Below, piece by piece: positions 41,214-55,830 of a stretch of DNA of 64,000 nucleotides. The translations under genes were made by a program, and so were the position numbers. Position 1 is the first letter of the stretch, and every line of letters begins with the position of its first letter. This stretch comes from Eledone cirrhosa (lineage: Eukaryota). The notes under the pieces were generated by a model. It worked only from the letters and a program-made list of their open reading frames with translations, did no database searches and was not told the DNA's origin. The stretch covers positions 54,002,001 through 54,066,000 of the forward strand of contig OZ024740.1 of NCBI GenBank assembly GCA_964016885.1. Reading direction: 5' to 3'.

Positions 41214-41319
41214 TGTATATATATATATATATATACATTTTGAGCATATGTTGGTTGTTTACCGACAGTATATCAATAATTTATAATAAACGAGCCAAAT
41301 TTTACATATTTGACTTAAT

Positions 41320-41430
<111 letters not shown>

Positions 41431-41436
41431 CATACG

Positions 41437-41470
<34 letters not shown>

Positions 41471-41539
41471 TAAATTTAGCTCCGGCATAGCTGTATACAT
41501 ATATGTATGTGATTTTCGTATATCTAAAAGTATACGGTT

Positions 41540-42012
41540 TTTTTAATAAATAACCATTTTGAAAGTCCACCTACGAATATTGAAAGGCGGACAATCAGCG
41601 CCGTATAGCGTATTCCAGCAGAAGCAGAGAGGGACAATAGCCTACGTTCATTGCGATCAATTGGCTTTCATCGGGACAGTCCATTCCTGCCCTCTGCTGG
41701 AACTAGAAAACAGGCAAAAATATAGAGATTTTTCTACTTAGTGCGTGGCCTGATTAAACTTATTAACATATGAAGCCGTATAAGTTGGCTCAACATAAAA
41801 TTAAGATTAACATTTAGCTACGGCATAGCTGTATACATATATGTATGTGAATTTCGTATAACGATAGATATTGCCTGTCTCAACGGGAGCCAGTACATCG
41901 AAATTCGCATAGACAGTTTTACTTCGCTGCTTTTTATGAAATCCGCTGGACGTCGCCGACCATCAGTCTTTGAATATTCAAAGCTGGGCTTTCAAAATGT
42001 TTATTTATCAAA
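41540..42012. mobile_element. Element with about 30-bp terminal inverted repeats
   Basis: AAATAACCATTTTGAAAGTCCA (41548) versus TGGGCTTTCAAAATGTTTATTT (41985); 41474-41522 is repeated directly at 41812-41860. Confidence 0.5.
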
Positions 42013-42391
42013 CATACCTTCCATATATATAATAAAATGTGGAGAAGGAACACACCAGTTGGAATATATATATATATAGAGAGAGAAAAAGACGATTATT
42101 AGGAAGAAAATATTTTTTTTCCATTATACTTTTCTTTTTCTGGGTTAGAAAATTTTTAAAACAAATTATTTTACTTTCTGTGGAATGTCAAAGTATTAAT
42201 TTATTTAATTATTATTTAACAATAGCATTAATAAATTAATAAATTTATTTATTTATTTAATAATTAACAATTACCGGTTTCAGCATTTTATGCATTTCCA
42301 AATTATGTGAGTGGGAGAGAGAAAAAAGGAATTTGTGTTTGTACAAATTGTACAAAAGAAAAATTAACGTGATGTTAAACATGTTAAGTTA

Positions 42392-42512
<121 letters not shown>

Positions 42513-42842
42513 TGTGTGTGTGAGAAGAGGGGGTAATAACTTGGTAGAGATATCCAAGGTATAGAACATGTCAAGTCCTTTCAGGCTGAATTACATGGGC
42601 ATAGGTTGAATAAGTCGGCCCATCCAGCTAACTAAACGTACGTTCCATGGTGCAGTTTCACCAACTGGCCTTAATGATTTTAAATATATATATGTGTGCG
42701 CATGCGCGTGTGTGTGGTAGGTAGAGAGAAAGGGAAAAAGAGATAGTGAATGAGAATTTGGTTAATTAACCTGATATATTTATCGTTGGAAATCTTAGTA
42801 AATTCAAGTTGCCTGAATTTCCCCATTCTTCTTAAAGCTTTA

Positions 42843-43031
42843 AGGGCGGTGGATTGGCAGTATCGGTAGAGGGTCGGACGCCATGCTTTGCAGCAAAGAG
42901 TTACGGCACTTTATGGTCTGAGTTCAAATCACGGCGAGCTTAACTTTGGCTTTCATCATTACGGGGTCAATAAAATAATGTACCAGTAATACACTGGGAT
43001 AATTGCTGGCCTTGTGCCAAATGTAGAAACA
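42843..43031 (+). mobile_element. SINE family A with 18-bp TSD (1 mismatch)
   Basis: ATTCTTCTTAAAGCTTTA at 42825-42842 and ATTCTTCTTAAATCTTTA at 43032-43049. Confidence 0.9.
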
Positions 43032-43469
43032 ATTCTTCTTAAATCTTTACAATGTATCTCTATTTAGTTGAACTCAGTGGTGAACTGCTAACATTCTATG
43101 AAATTAACCGTTCACTAATCTAACGAATTTTGAACTTGAGTTTGTATGTTTAAATAAAATCCGAATTCTGCAAGAACATATCGACATCCCTTTAAAATAT
43201 ATTTGCCTTAATAACTATTATCGTACCAAATTAATTGTGAAATACCGGTAAGTGTCAAAATATATGAAAACAAAAATGTACACCTACTGGAAACCATATA
43301 CACAGATACACACAGGCATATAACAGATATCAAACATAAAAGTGTTGGCAACGAGTGATCAATAATATAACTTTCAGGCTTATACTTTTTCATAAAGCCT
43401 TTTAAAAGGATTCTCGTCATGTATAGCACACTTGCGGTTACTTTGTAGTGTCCTTGTATTCAGATCAAT

Positions 43470-43630
43470 ACAGGCGACGAATTGGCAGTGTGGTTAGAAC
43501 GTTGATAGAATGTTTTGTAGTATTCATTTCGGTTCTCTGCTCTCTAAGTTCAAATCCCGCCGAGGTTAACTATACTTTTCATCCATTAATAGTCCATAAA
43601 AAAGTACCAGTCAATTACTGGGGTCAAATC
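43470..43630 (+). mobile_element. SINE family A, degraded
   Basis: GAATTGGCAG...GTTCAAATCCCGCCGAGGTTAAC. Confidence 0.7.
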
Positions 43631-44829
43631 TTCCTGTATATCTCTTTCTCACGTCCTTTCTCTCACTCACTCTATCCTACTCTGGAAGAAATCTACTGTA
43701 TTCAGGCCTGGAGAGGAGATGGGCTCCGCCAGGATTAAAAAATAGCCCTTGGAACGCCATATATCATTACAACCCCCTACTACTCCTTACGAGTTACGGG
43801 TCCAGACCGTTAACCAATAAATTAAAAATGTTACTATTTGTCTTTCATTTAAATATGACTATGTCTCATATAAAACTATTTCTCATATTTATAGTCAGCT
43901 TCTGTAATCATTTTTTATCATGTCTAATTCTATTTTAGCTTCAAACGATTATAACACACTGTGTAATACAATGTAATTATTTATCAGAGGAAATCTTTTG
44001 CAATACAAAATCCAAAATATCAATATCTGTTTAAAATTGTATTTTCATTTAAATAAAAGGAGCAAAATATAGAAGGCAGGAAATTTCGTTTCAATTATCT
44101 CCTAATAGTTTCATCTATGTTTTAAAGTAGCCTAATGGATTGTATTACTAGCTATTATAACATTTGTGCTTTATTTTCATTTTGTTATGCTTTTTAATTT
44201 TTAGATGATTTAGTATTTAGTGCAAGATTAGAATCATTAAAAAAGTGATGCATAATTTTGCTTACTATCAATTATATGACATAATTACTACTACTTATTC
44301 AACATTAATGTTAGCTTGCATAGTCGGTTTTATTGTTATCTAATGCTATCATTGCAACATACCATTGTGTGTGCGCGTTTCTATGTACATGTTTCACAAT
44401 ACATACGCCTGCTTTATTTTATTTCAATGCGGCTTTGCAGAGCGACCGACACAGTCGCGTCTTCAACATCCGTGGGGCAGAAGTCACACATATATTTTTT
44501 TTTTCATTTAGAAGGCACCTTATCTGATAAAAGGCGCAGCTAATAGGAAAGGCGAAGAAAATGACACAGCACAAAGATAGAAACAGATGGTCTGATATAA
44601 AGTTCTAATTCCAGTCTTTAGATCCCCACCTTCTCAAATTAACATTGGAACAAATTAGCTAACAGTATGTCAATTAGAAAGACCACTGATGGAATATAAG
44701 GATGGGTTCAAAGAAATCTGTCGAAAATTCCTTTCATTTTACTCGTGAGACGAAAAGAGGTGAATACGGCCAAGCAAATAATTACTGTTTCAGAATGAAC
44801 CTGATCAATTGAACATTATTATTATTATT

Positions 44830-45170
44830 GTTATTGTTTCTACTTTAGGCACAAGGCCAGCAATTTGGGGGGATGGGGAGAGTCTATTAAATCGACCCCA
44901 GTGCATTACTGGTGCTTTAATTTATCGACCCGTAAGGATGATAGGCAAAGTTAACCTCGGCGGGATTTGAACTCAGATCATAAATGGCCGTAACGTTTTC
45001 GTTCTGTTACGGCCATTTACGTTCTGAGTTCAAATCCCGCTAAGGTTAACTTCACCTATCCTCCTTACGGGGTCGATATAAGAAAGCACCAGTAATCCAC
45101 TGGCGTAGATTTAATAGACTCCCCCCTCCCCCAAAAAAAATAATTGCTGGCCTTTTGCCCATAGTAGAAA

Positions 45171-45213
<43 letters not shown>

Positions 45214-46185
45214 GGGTGGTGGATTGGCACTATCGGTAGAGCGTCGGACAATATGCTATGAGGCATATAGTTACCTCCCTTTACGTTCTGAGATCAAATC
45301 CCGCCAAGGTTAGCTTTACTTTTCATCCCTACAGGGTCGATGAAATAACGCACCATTAATGCACTCGATTCGATTTAATCAACATTACCCTTCCCTAAAA
45401 TTGTTGGCTTTGTGCGTAAATCAGAATTATAATTATTATAATGGGTGGTAAATTGACAGTATCGGTAGAGCTTCGGACAATTTGCTTTATATATAGTTAC
45501 ATTTCTTTACTCTCTGTAGTTCAAACTCAACTGTGGTTAGCTTTGCCGGCCTTCCTTACATGGTCGATAAAATTAAATATGTACAACGCTTCTTCTTAAC
45601 TCACCCTCTTATTGGAAGGTGGAGCATTCATTTTGCTTTTTTATGGCTAGAATATATGCGGCTCGCCACTGCTGTATAAAATGTCCGAGAGAAAGGCATT
45701 GTCTAAGACAGCTTGGCACCAGTGACGTCGCAACGCATTTCTGCAGTCGAGTAAACTGGAGCAACGGAAAACAAAACTTCTTGCGCATGGACACAAACCG
45801 CACAACGTCGAAGAATCGAACTCATAAACCTCCGCATTACAAGCCCATCGCCTTAACCACTATGCCATATGGCTTCACCAATAATGCACGGGAATCAATT
45901 TAATCGAATTTCTCCTTCGCTTCTAATTGTTGGCGTTGTGGTAAAAGTAGAACCAGTTATTAAGTGTGGTGGATGGGCAGAATTGGTCGTGCCTCGGACA
46001 ACATGCTTTGTGGTATATAGTTAGGTCCCTTTTCATTCTGGGTTGATATTCCGCCTATCTTAACTTTCACTTTCATCGTTACTGGATCGATAAAATAAAA
46101 TACCAGTAAGGCACTAGGGTCAATCTAACCGATTTCCCCTTCCTTTTAAATTGCTGGCCTTGTGCCAAAAGTAGAAACAATTATT
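44830..46185. mobile_element. SINE cluster: five family A copies plus one family B copy
   Basis: 44830-44993 (-), 45005-45212, 45213-45440, 45441-45960 (interrupted by family B at 45610-45870, -), 45960-46185. Confidence 0.8.
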
Positions 46186-46990
46186 ATAATTGATATTGAT
46201 TTTTTAATATCATGTAATTCTTATTTCTCATTATTTTGTATTTCAATTTAGTCATAATTGCGCGTGGTCTGAAACAAGTAAAGTTAAATTAGTAATAGCC
46301 AATAAAAAAAAAAGAATAATAAAAAAAGAATGAGGGGCTCATTCTGCTGACATGGCTTTAACAATGAGGCTTGTTTGCATAATTGCAAACGAATCGAATG
46401 TTATTATTAATATTCGAAAAACTCAGATTAGTAAAAATCAAGGTTTGCTTTTGTATGTAAAATGTTCGAGAACTACTCCTAAAGCATCACGTTTTTTCCT
46501 TTTCCCTTTTAATATTTTGACGTCAGGGCATTGTGTTATGTTTACAAAGAAAACAAGTCAGCGATAATGTTCTTATAAATGCCAGCTGGCATCTGCCGAA
46601 AAAAGGAAAAACAAACAAATCAATAGCAAATAAACAAAAATTAAAACAAAATAATAAATAAAAAAAAGAAAATAAATGTGTTAATATGAGAGTACAGAAA
46701 ATGAAAGTATCAGAAAGAGATAGATAGAAGGATATATATATATATATATAATTTTCCAAATTGAAGGATAAGTATTTACTCTTAATTTTATTTTGAGTTA
46801 AGATTCTATTGGTTTTTTCCTGGATTACACAAAATCTGTGGATAAAATTTCTGTCTTGACTTTTTTTGAATTGGGATTGAATTATTTTCCCATATCTTAC
46901 GTTAAATATTTTCCATCTTGACGTAATAGTCACTTATATGTCTGAATTACTGTTGGCTTTTTTGCTCACATTAATTTCTCTATTTTCATT

Positions 46991-47097
<107 letters not shown>

Positions 47098-48382
47098 TGT
47101 GTGGTGTGCGTGTGTGTGTGTATAGAGAGAGATTGCGAGAAAGCTAGAGAGAAGGGGATGGAGATTATGAACAAGGCATTAATAGAAACACAGTGAGAAA
47201 GAGTAATTAAAATACACACACACATTTGTCTGTATGTTTATCTGTATCTATATCTATATGTATGTATATATTTATATATATGTATATAAAAATATACATA
47301 GATATATAAATTAATTGTTAACATAAATAACCTTTTTGGTTAATTGCGAGTCCAGAGTCAGGTTCGATCCACAAATAGAACGTATATGTATACTTACGCA
47401 TGCATGGACACATAACTCGTTGGGTGTAGGGTTTTTCGGTTGATATTTGCATGCGACATGGGGCCACTTGATAGAAGGTGAATACCAAAATAGAATATGC
47501 AAGGTGTAAATATGAAACTCTCTATCTTTAATTCTGTGTACCCACATACCCTTTACTATGTTAATGAATCTCTGGTAATTACAGAAGGAATTAAATCGCG
47601 CATAAAATTGGACCGAAATTCGTTCCCGTGAAAAGGTTTTTGAGTAACATTACTCAGAGAGTACTTTGTTCGGAGATCAGCTTGTTTAAGGAAAGAATCC
47701 TTAAATACGATTAGCTTGTTTAAGGAAAGAATCACTGAACAGATTTTATGGGCTAAGCCAACCGGCAGGTCAGGAAGGAAGGGAAAGGAACAAGAGTAAG
47801 GATCGACTTCGGTATTAGACTCGTACATTTTTATTCTTCTCGAAATATATATATATATATTCGATTCCGGTTCAAATCCTACTTAGTTCGAATTTAATTT
47901 TCATCCTTTCGAGATCGATAAAAAAGTACCATATGAATTCGAAAGCTAATACAATGTAAAATGGACGGTTGATTTCAGAATAAACTGAAGTTAATAAATA
48001 CAGATATTTACCTGTGCTAATATTTCTGGTTTAAAAACCCTTCGTCAGAATACTATAATAAGTGGATCGAAGTTCGTACTATTTTTTTCGTTACTCTTAC
48101 GCCATTTTCTTCCATTGTGTGTAAGCGTCGGTCAATTTATAACGGCGGGAAATGATGGGAGATTAACGTTGTCTCTGGATTGACGTGTATAATGTTGCGC
48201 GTGCGTGTGTGCAAATTCATGTCAAACGTTGTGTGCTTTTGTTTATGTTTTTATCTGGGTTTTTTTTCGAGGCAAATGTAGGTCAGGCTGAAATAGATTG
48301 GATAATTTAGCTATTCTGGATAGAGTTATGTATTTGAACTTGTGTATGCGTGCTAGTATATGCAGAATGTTGTGTGTCTAGT

Positions 48383-48429
<47 letters not shown>

Positions 48430-49339
48430 ATTAATAAGTATAATAGAAGTTGCAGCTGCATTTGAATCATGGAAGACTGCCACAAAGCACTCAATGAGAG
48501 AGTAATTAATAAATTTCTCCTCAGAGTGAACCTAAAATGTTAGGAAATAGTGACCCCATGAATAATGCGACCAGAGGCATGTTGCCACATTAATACTAAG
48601 GCAACAAAAACTACAAACAGGTTAAAGACGAACCTGGACTTGATCGATGGATATTAATCGATAAATAACTTCGATAGGTTTCTGGGAATCTGGGAGGTAC
48701 ATTCCAGTTGCGTAACGTATAGGCAAGTTAGTAATGCATCCTAAAATGGAACGTGGATGTCCCTGTATCAACACGTTTTTCGTTCTGAGTAAGAGACATC
48801 ACTACCATTCGACTGTAGCAGTAAATATGGCATTTCTCAAAATGAGGAAGGTCGGTATCTCGGGTTTTGGTTGTTACATTCAAAACCGTGAACAAAGGAT
48901 TCACTCACAGTCCCGAGGTAAGTTCTCGACAAGGTTTTCAAACAAACAATTAATTAATCAATTAATTAATTATAAATGCTAGGAGAAAAATAATAATAGT
49001 TATGAGCATAATCGAAGTTGCAACTGCAAGTAGCATATGAGCAAGCTAATCACCGAAGTGTCTCACAAAGCACTCAATGAGTGAATATATATGTTATATT
49101 ATATATTGTATTATGATATATGCAGCTAGGTGACCAGTTACTGCATTGTGTTTAACTCTCCAAATGGTCGATATCTAAGTATCCTAAGGGAAGCATTCAA
49201 CAGCCTGAATGTTTAAAGAAGAATAAGTATGCATGATGGGTTTTTACAAATATTTAGTCGGAAATTTCCATAAAAAATGTTTCGACGAGTTTGATGGCTT
49301 ATTCGGACGCTCTAAACGAACATTATTTTTAGCCACTCC

Positions 49340-49490
49340 ATGCTTTACAGCACAGAGTTACATCCCTTTACGGATTGAGTTCAAATACCACCGAGGGTAA
49401 CTTTGCCTTTCATCCTTATGTGGTCGATAAAATAAAGTACCAGTAATGTACTGGGTAATTGCTGCCTTGTGCCAAAAGTAGAAACAATTA
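49340..49490 (+). mobile_element. SINE family A, 5' degraded
   Basis: GAGTTCAAAT...CTTTGCCTTTCATCC...CCTTGTGCCAAAAGTAGAAAC. Confidence 0.75.
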
Positions 49491-50454
49491 TTTTTATCCA
49501 CTCCTGGTTCTCTGGAAATCCGGAGTGGAGAGATAGGGGAGCTCATAAAATTCAATCTCTTCTCTGACAATATATAAGCTAGCGACCGTGTCAATATCTA
49601 TTTATAAGATTGTTTATATGTTACCCCACAACAACACCACCACCCCCACCACCTACATATGGCAACAGTTACAGGTGATATTCCCGCCACTGATCATTCA
49701 CGGTTAGCCTTTAGTCACTTATACCAACTTGTTGTAGACGTCAGCTCCGGAGTCACTCCCTGTAGCCCAGTCTCTATACACACCACTCACCCACCCCACC
49801 CACCTTCGGTCAGATTGAAGCGAAGGGAGAAAAACAAAGGGTGATTATAGGACATGAAATTAGGAACCTAAGTGTTAATATATGACCCTAAACTAGGACT
49901 TTAATCAAATTCATCTGAAATATGTTAGTGTTGTATTGCTGGAAAGGCAAGTAACAAAGAGAATAATACATCTGGGAAGTGTCAAACTATACTATCTATG
50001 TAGCTATTTTGTCGTGGTTCACTATATATGCAGTTAATTGGTTGGGTAGGGGACCAGGCGATGTATTATTTTACGGATTTGAGCGTACATAAAAATACTG
50101 ACCGGTTCACGCCAATTTGTCTTCCCGCAGTTATAGTCCTAACCCAAAACTGCCACAGGACATGCTGTGGAGCTGGGCTTCTGGATGCTTCTAATAAGGA
50201 TCCTATTGGAATTTCAAACATACTATGATTTTTACATGAGAGTTAAGTCTATGTTACATAAAGTCACTTTCGTCTATTCCTAGGCGCCGAATAATCATGG
50301 TGTAAACCGGTTGCTATCTTATTAGCCATTGTGTGAGCATAGGCTACTCTAGAAGAACTTCCAGAATGCTAATGCCGGATCTCTGAGTAAAATTTGGGAG
50401 ACAGAAAAAACCGGCTACTGGCTCCCAAATTTTACTCACAGATCCAACATTAGA

Positions 50455-50850
50455 ATTAACCCTAACACAAACCCTAATTTTGACTCTATCATTTACCCTA
50501 ACACTGACTCTAACTCTAATCCTAACCCTAACTCCAACCCTAAACCTTACTCTAACTCTAACCTTATCTCTAAACATAACATTAGCCTTAACCCTAACCC
50601 TAAATGCAATCCAAAATCTAAACCCAACCCAAATCCTAATCTTAAAGTCTCATTCTCAGCCTAAAGCTACACATAACCATAATCGTTACTGTAATCCTAT
50701 AATATTTGCTATAGGCTCAGCGCTAACCCTAAACATACCGTAACCCTAATCCTAACACCAGATCTAAACCAGACATTAATCATAAACCTAGCTCTAAACC
50801 AAAACCTATATTTATTCCAAACTTTAAATCTAATCCAACCAATGGTATGG
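50455..50850 (+). repeat. Degenerate (TAACCC)n telomere-like hexamer array
   Basis: 6-bp periodic CCTAAC / CCCTAA / TCTAAC units over about 400 bp. Confidence 0.7.
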
Positions 50851-50887
50851 CATTAACCCGTATTTCCTAAGGGAATGGATACATACA

Positions 50888-50920
<33 letters not shown>

Positions 50921-51500
50921 GACAAAAGTCCAAGGTTAACAACTTAAATCAATTCTTTAAATTCTTCGTCCGTTTCAATAAGGTTGCAATCGTACATGCA
51001 TATGCACACAATTGGAAATAAATAATTATCAATTATCGACACCAGGCCAGACAATATGTACCGACAGAGGTGGTTGTAAACTGTTATATGGTGTGCGAAG
51101 TGACAGTGAACTGTGTTGCCTACATAATACATATAACTGCATTTCTTGAGGAAATGTGAGAAGGAACAAAGTTTACTAAGTTCAAATAGTAATAAGAATA
51201 TACGGGATATCAACCATTGAGCGTAAACTCCCCCTTTCACATTTAATTGCTTGCTTTACACTCAGTGTTTGATATGAAGTCTATTTTTGTTACTATTTGA
51301 ACTTAGTAAACTTTTTTCCTTCTCACATTTCCTGCAGAAATAGTGCAGTTATATGTATTATGGATGCTGTTACTAATTGCTAATTAATTATTTACAATTA
51401 TGTGCTATTGTAACCGTATTGAAACGGACATATAAATTAAAGAATTAATTTATGCTCATAAGCTTTGGGTTTTGTAATTTTGAATATTCATTCTGAGCTA
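50921..51500 (+). repeat. Diverged fold-back element
   Basis: 51125-51200 is inverted at 51282-51360; 50921-51030 is inverted at 51375-51476. Confidence 0.65.
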
Positions 51501-52365
51501 CCTGAAATGTCCTCAACAACAATAACTTTAACTTTCGATAAATTAGTCTGGTTTAAACTCTTTATAAACTGAGAACATTAGTGTACATAGAGCTTCTCTC
51601 ACCATAGCTAAAATAATAGTGGAATACCCCACTATAAGCTATTACTGCTACCTCTGATTGTATGTTCATCCTGAAGCAACTTGTGACTTTGTAATCTAAC
51701 GTAGCATAATAAACATATATTCTTTTCCTTTGTAAAGAAGTTAAGTAAAATCATTGTATTTCCCGTGTCTTTCCATCCTCGTCAACAAAAACTAACTTCG
51801 TTTCATATATAATATGTAATAATGAATTTAAATACTGTAAAGCTAATGACAATAAATTGTTTTGACATATTTATTGTTAATAATATAAATATTGTCCTAA
51901 ATAGGTTTTTAAGAGAGCTTGTATATTTGAAAGATTTTGGCTGCTATTTCTAGCACCGGGACAACGATTAGACGTAGTGATTTATAATCATGTGTGTTTT
52001 TCTTCATTTTCGGATTTGTATTTAGAGATGTGAGTTCATAGATCGATCAAGATCCCGATAATTATCCATTGATTGACTATGGAACCCTGACATTTAATTG
52101 GTGAAATACATTTTTATGCAATAATAGACTATGTACGCAAGGATATGAACAATTATTGAAATTCAGGTATTTACAATTTAAGTACGACGCGTTTTGGAAT
52201 TAGATGTATGTTCTGTTAATATTTCATATATTTATGTATATTTCAATCGTTTATTAATTTTATAATAAATGTTCGAATTTATTCCTTAGAGATTTCATTA
52301 TAGGTGATATGGCGCTTGTCTGGAAAAAAATGTTTTTAGGGTTGACATCCTTATTATTGTTTGTA

Positions 52366-52391
<26 letters not shown>

Positions 52392-52396
<5 letters not shown>

Positions 52397-52907
52397 AAGG
52401 AAAAGCGAAGTAGTTTCAGATGTTCAAGTCCTTTAATAATAATTGTTTCTACTTTTGGCACAAGGCCAGCAATTATTCCAGTGCATTACTGGTACTTTAT
52501 TTTATCGACCCCGTAAGGATGAAAGGCAAAGTTAACCTCGGCGGGATTTGAACTCAGATCATAAAGGGAGGTAACTCTATGCTTCAAAGCATGGCGTCCA
52601 ACCCTTACCGATACTGCCAATCCACCGCCCTAGTCCTTTAATAATAATGCAGTGATATATATTTCAATGACGACACTGGCCACACTGTTCTGTGTGCGAG
52701 TGTCGTGTCATCATCAGACAGCTTGTTACATAATAAGGTTGTTTCCGAGGCAATCCAAATTGGATCGACATGGGAACGGATGAAGTTCGTGCTTTTGGGT
52801 TTTTCATCCGTTCCTTCGCTTTTCCTTATTCGATATTTACTCCGTCACTCCTATGTGGAAAAAGTACGTTGAGTGCTTGAATTGAATTGCATCAATGTTT
52901 ACCCTAA
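52392..52907 (+). mobile_element. Fold-back plus tail element with hammerhead, interrupted by a SINE
   Basis: GAATAAGGAAAAGCGAAG / CTTCGCTTTTCCTTATTC arms; minus-strand hammerhead 52649-52722 (GCTGT-CTGATGA-TGACACGACACT...AGTGTCGTCATT-GAAA-TATATATC-ACTGC); tail 52834-52907. Confidence 0.7.
52444..52631 (-). mobile_element. SINE family A with perfect 17-bp TSD
   Basis: AGTCCTTTAATAATAAT at 52427-52443 and 52632-52648. Confidence 0.92.
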
Positions 52908-53845
52908 TATATATATATATATACATTCTTCTCTCTTTAATTCAGTGAAGTTCATTAGATTATATGGGGTAAATGCATGGAATCAGTATGGATTTTATAT
53001 TGAGTTATATAGTTAATTCGTTATATTTACATTCATATACACAGGCATAAACACATACTTACCCACACCATATTTTACACTCACACACTCTCTCTTACTA
53101 TCTTTCTCTCTTCCATATACACCCATAGAGGCACGCTGTTACAGATCGTCGCTGGCAGAATGACTTTTGAAACTGACTGAGACCAGCCTGAACATTGAAT
53201 TTTCAGCTTATAATTGGATATTTGGTTGTATCTGGTTGCCTCCAATTATATTTTGTTTACTTTTCAAGTGTAATATTTTCTTTTCGCCTTCAAGGTTTCA
53301 TTTTCACTAAATATGCATCTATTGAAGGAATCTCTTCGCTGTCGCCCAATGTGTAAAAATTGTAGCCAATTGTCTTTTTAAAATATTAGTAATTTCGTAG
53401 AACACTGCAAATCAAATAAAATTTGTTTGGACATATGTAGAGACAACAAAAAATAAGAAGAAAAAATTGAAAAATGTACAACACTAATTTAAAAGTATAG
53501 TTTGAGACAAAATATTCAGAACTATTTTCCGATATGTTTTATTCTGTATGCATAGATACATCAGAATTTTGAACAAAATCTCCGAGAACCGTTTGGAGAC
53601 CATTAACATATGGATTAGTACTGGAAAAACTACCAATCAGTTTTAAAACAAGAAATACAATCGGAAGTTCAATACAGTTTAGTTGTGACTTAAACATTTA
53701 ATTACATTATGAATGTGTTCTGTTTTTTTTTCTTTTAGTGTGTGAAACTCAGTAAAATCCAGTTTGTAAACAGAAGGGACACTTATTTGTGTCAACTACA
53801 TGGCATGTTGATGACATTTTATTTTTGCGATCGGCTTTTTACACA

Positions 53846-54050
<205 letters not shown>

Positions 54051-54377
54051 ATATATATATAAATATATATATGTGTGTGTGTGTGTGCGCGTGTGGGTGT
54101 GTGCGTGCGTGTGTGAGTGTGTGTGTGTATGCGATCTGGTTTATGAGATCTGTAAAGTATTCTCTTCACTTCGCGAGGTGGCCCCCCCGAAAAGAGGAGG
54201 ACCTCATCTTCTGATCGGTATATAATACATTATATACCGATATATAATACATAGTGAATAATGTGTACATTAGAAAGATAAGTACTAATATGCAAAATAA
54301 TTTACTTTCAATTATTAATATACAATATAGTTATTCAAACTTGTATATACACACGAATTTATGCATGTATTCATGTG

Positions 54378-55830
54378 TTTGATAACTTTGATAAACTTTG
54401 ATAGGTTTCGGCCAGTATTGGCCCCGACCATGTCTAACTTAATAGCACCACCTGGTGAAGTCTTACAAATTAGTGTTTGGGCACCATGGCCCACTCGAGC
54501 AGAGAGTTATTATTTACGGAGGCATAACCGGGTGTAGGAGGCTTATCCGGGATTTCTTGAAGGAATTTATCCAAAGACTTATTGAACTTGATGGGGTCTG
54601 TCTCTGCTTTGATGTGTCTTAGTGTAATGTTAAAAAGTGCAGAGACAATTGAGGTGAAATAATTGTGCCATATTGTTGTTATGTGATTGCGAGTAAGATT
54701 TTTGTAGTGGACGGATTGCACGGAGCCCAAGCCTTGGGTGTACACTAAAGGTGATGCCAATATCATTTGGGCAAAGCTGATGGAATATTTTCCACATCAT
54801 ACAGATAATGTAGCGCTCACGGCGACGTTGGAGAGAATAAAGATTGAGCTTTTCTAATCGACTCCAATAGTCAAGGCCTGTCATGCCATCTATCTTTTTT
54901 GTAATTGACCTTTGGGGTGCTTCAACTTTCATGATACTTTGTTTCGTGTGGCGTGACCACAATGGACAACAGTATTCAAGGTGGGGTCGGGCAAAAGTGG
55001 AGAAGAGACGGATAACAGTGTGGATATCTATCGACTGGAAAGTTCTAAGAATCCAGGAATACATTCTGCGGACCATATCAACTTAGCTGTTTATATGAGT
55101 GGCCCAGCTTATGTTTTTGTCCACAATCACTCCCAGGTCTCTGATGTTATTGGATGCCACCAGAGTTTCTCCCAAGGCTCTGAAAACTCCATGTTGGTTG
55201 GAGTTCAGCAGGCCGTTGCTTTCAAGAAAATGGGTTATTCGTGATCTCACCACCCTCTCAAATACCTTGATAATATGAGAGGTGAGTGAGATCGGACGGT
55301 AGTTCACTGCAAGGGACTTATTACCCTTTTTGAAGACTGGGACAACGGACCGGGACAGACATTTTCAGGAATATAGCCAGTATCCAGTGAGTTTCTCCAC
55401 ACATTAGCAAGAGGAGATGCAAGTTGGTGTCGACACACCTTCAGGACACAAGCAGGGAACCTGTCAGGGCCTACTGCTGAATTGTGTTTAATTTCGTTTA
55501 TTGCCGCTAAGACATCAGGGGTGCCAAACGTTATGTCTGATATAGCGTGTTGGGGATTAACATCACTGATACGGCCCAGATCGGCCATGTCAGGATTGCT
55601 GAAAACAGAGCAGTATTGTTTCTGCAGTATCTCGCCCATGGTTTTTGGCATTGTGCTGGAGTGTGCCATTTTCATCAACTAGAGGGCCAATAATGGAAAC
55701 GGTGACCTTGTGATTTTTAGCAAATGAAAAGAACACTTTGGGGGTGAGTTTGATTTTCTCAATGGCACACCTCGCTTCAGCTATTCTCTGGTTATTGATG
55801 ATGGTCATCATGCATTGCAAGAGGTTATAT
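54378..55830 (-). mobile_element. CR1-group LINE, 5'-truncated, RT core deleted
   Basis: GPDRFPACVLK, NYRPISLTSHIIKVFERVV, NQHG, RDLGVIVD, RPHLEYCCPLWS, LYSLQRRRER; 3' GGCC..GGCCGAAAC stem-loop and (TATCAAAGT)n tail. Confidence 0.85.
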
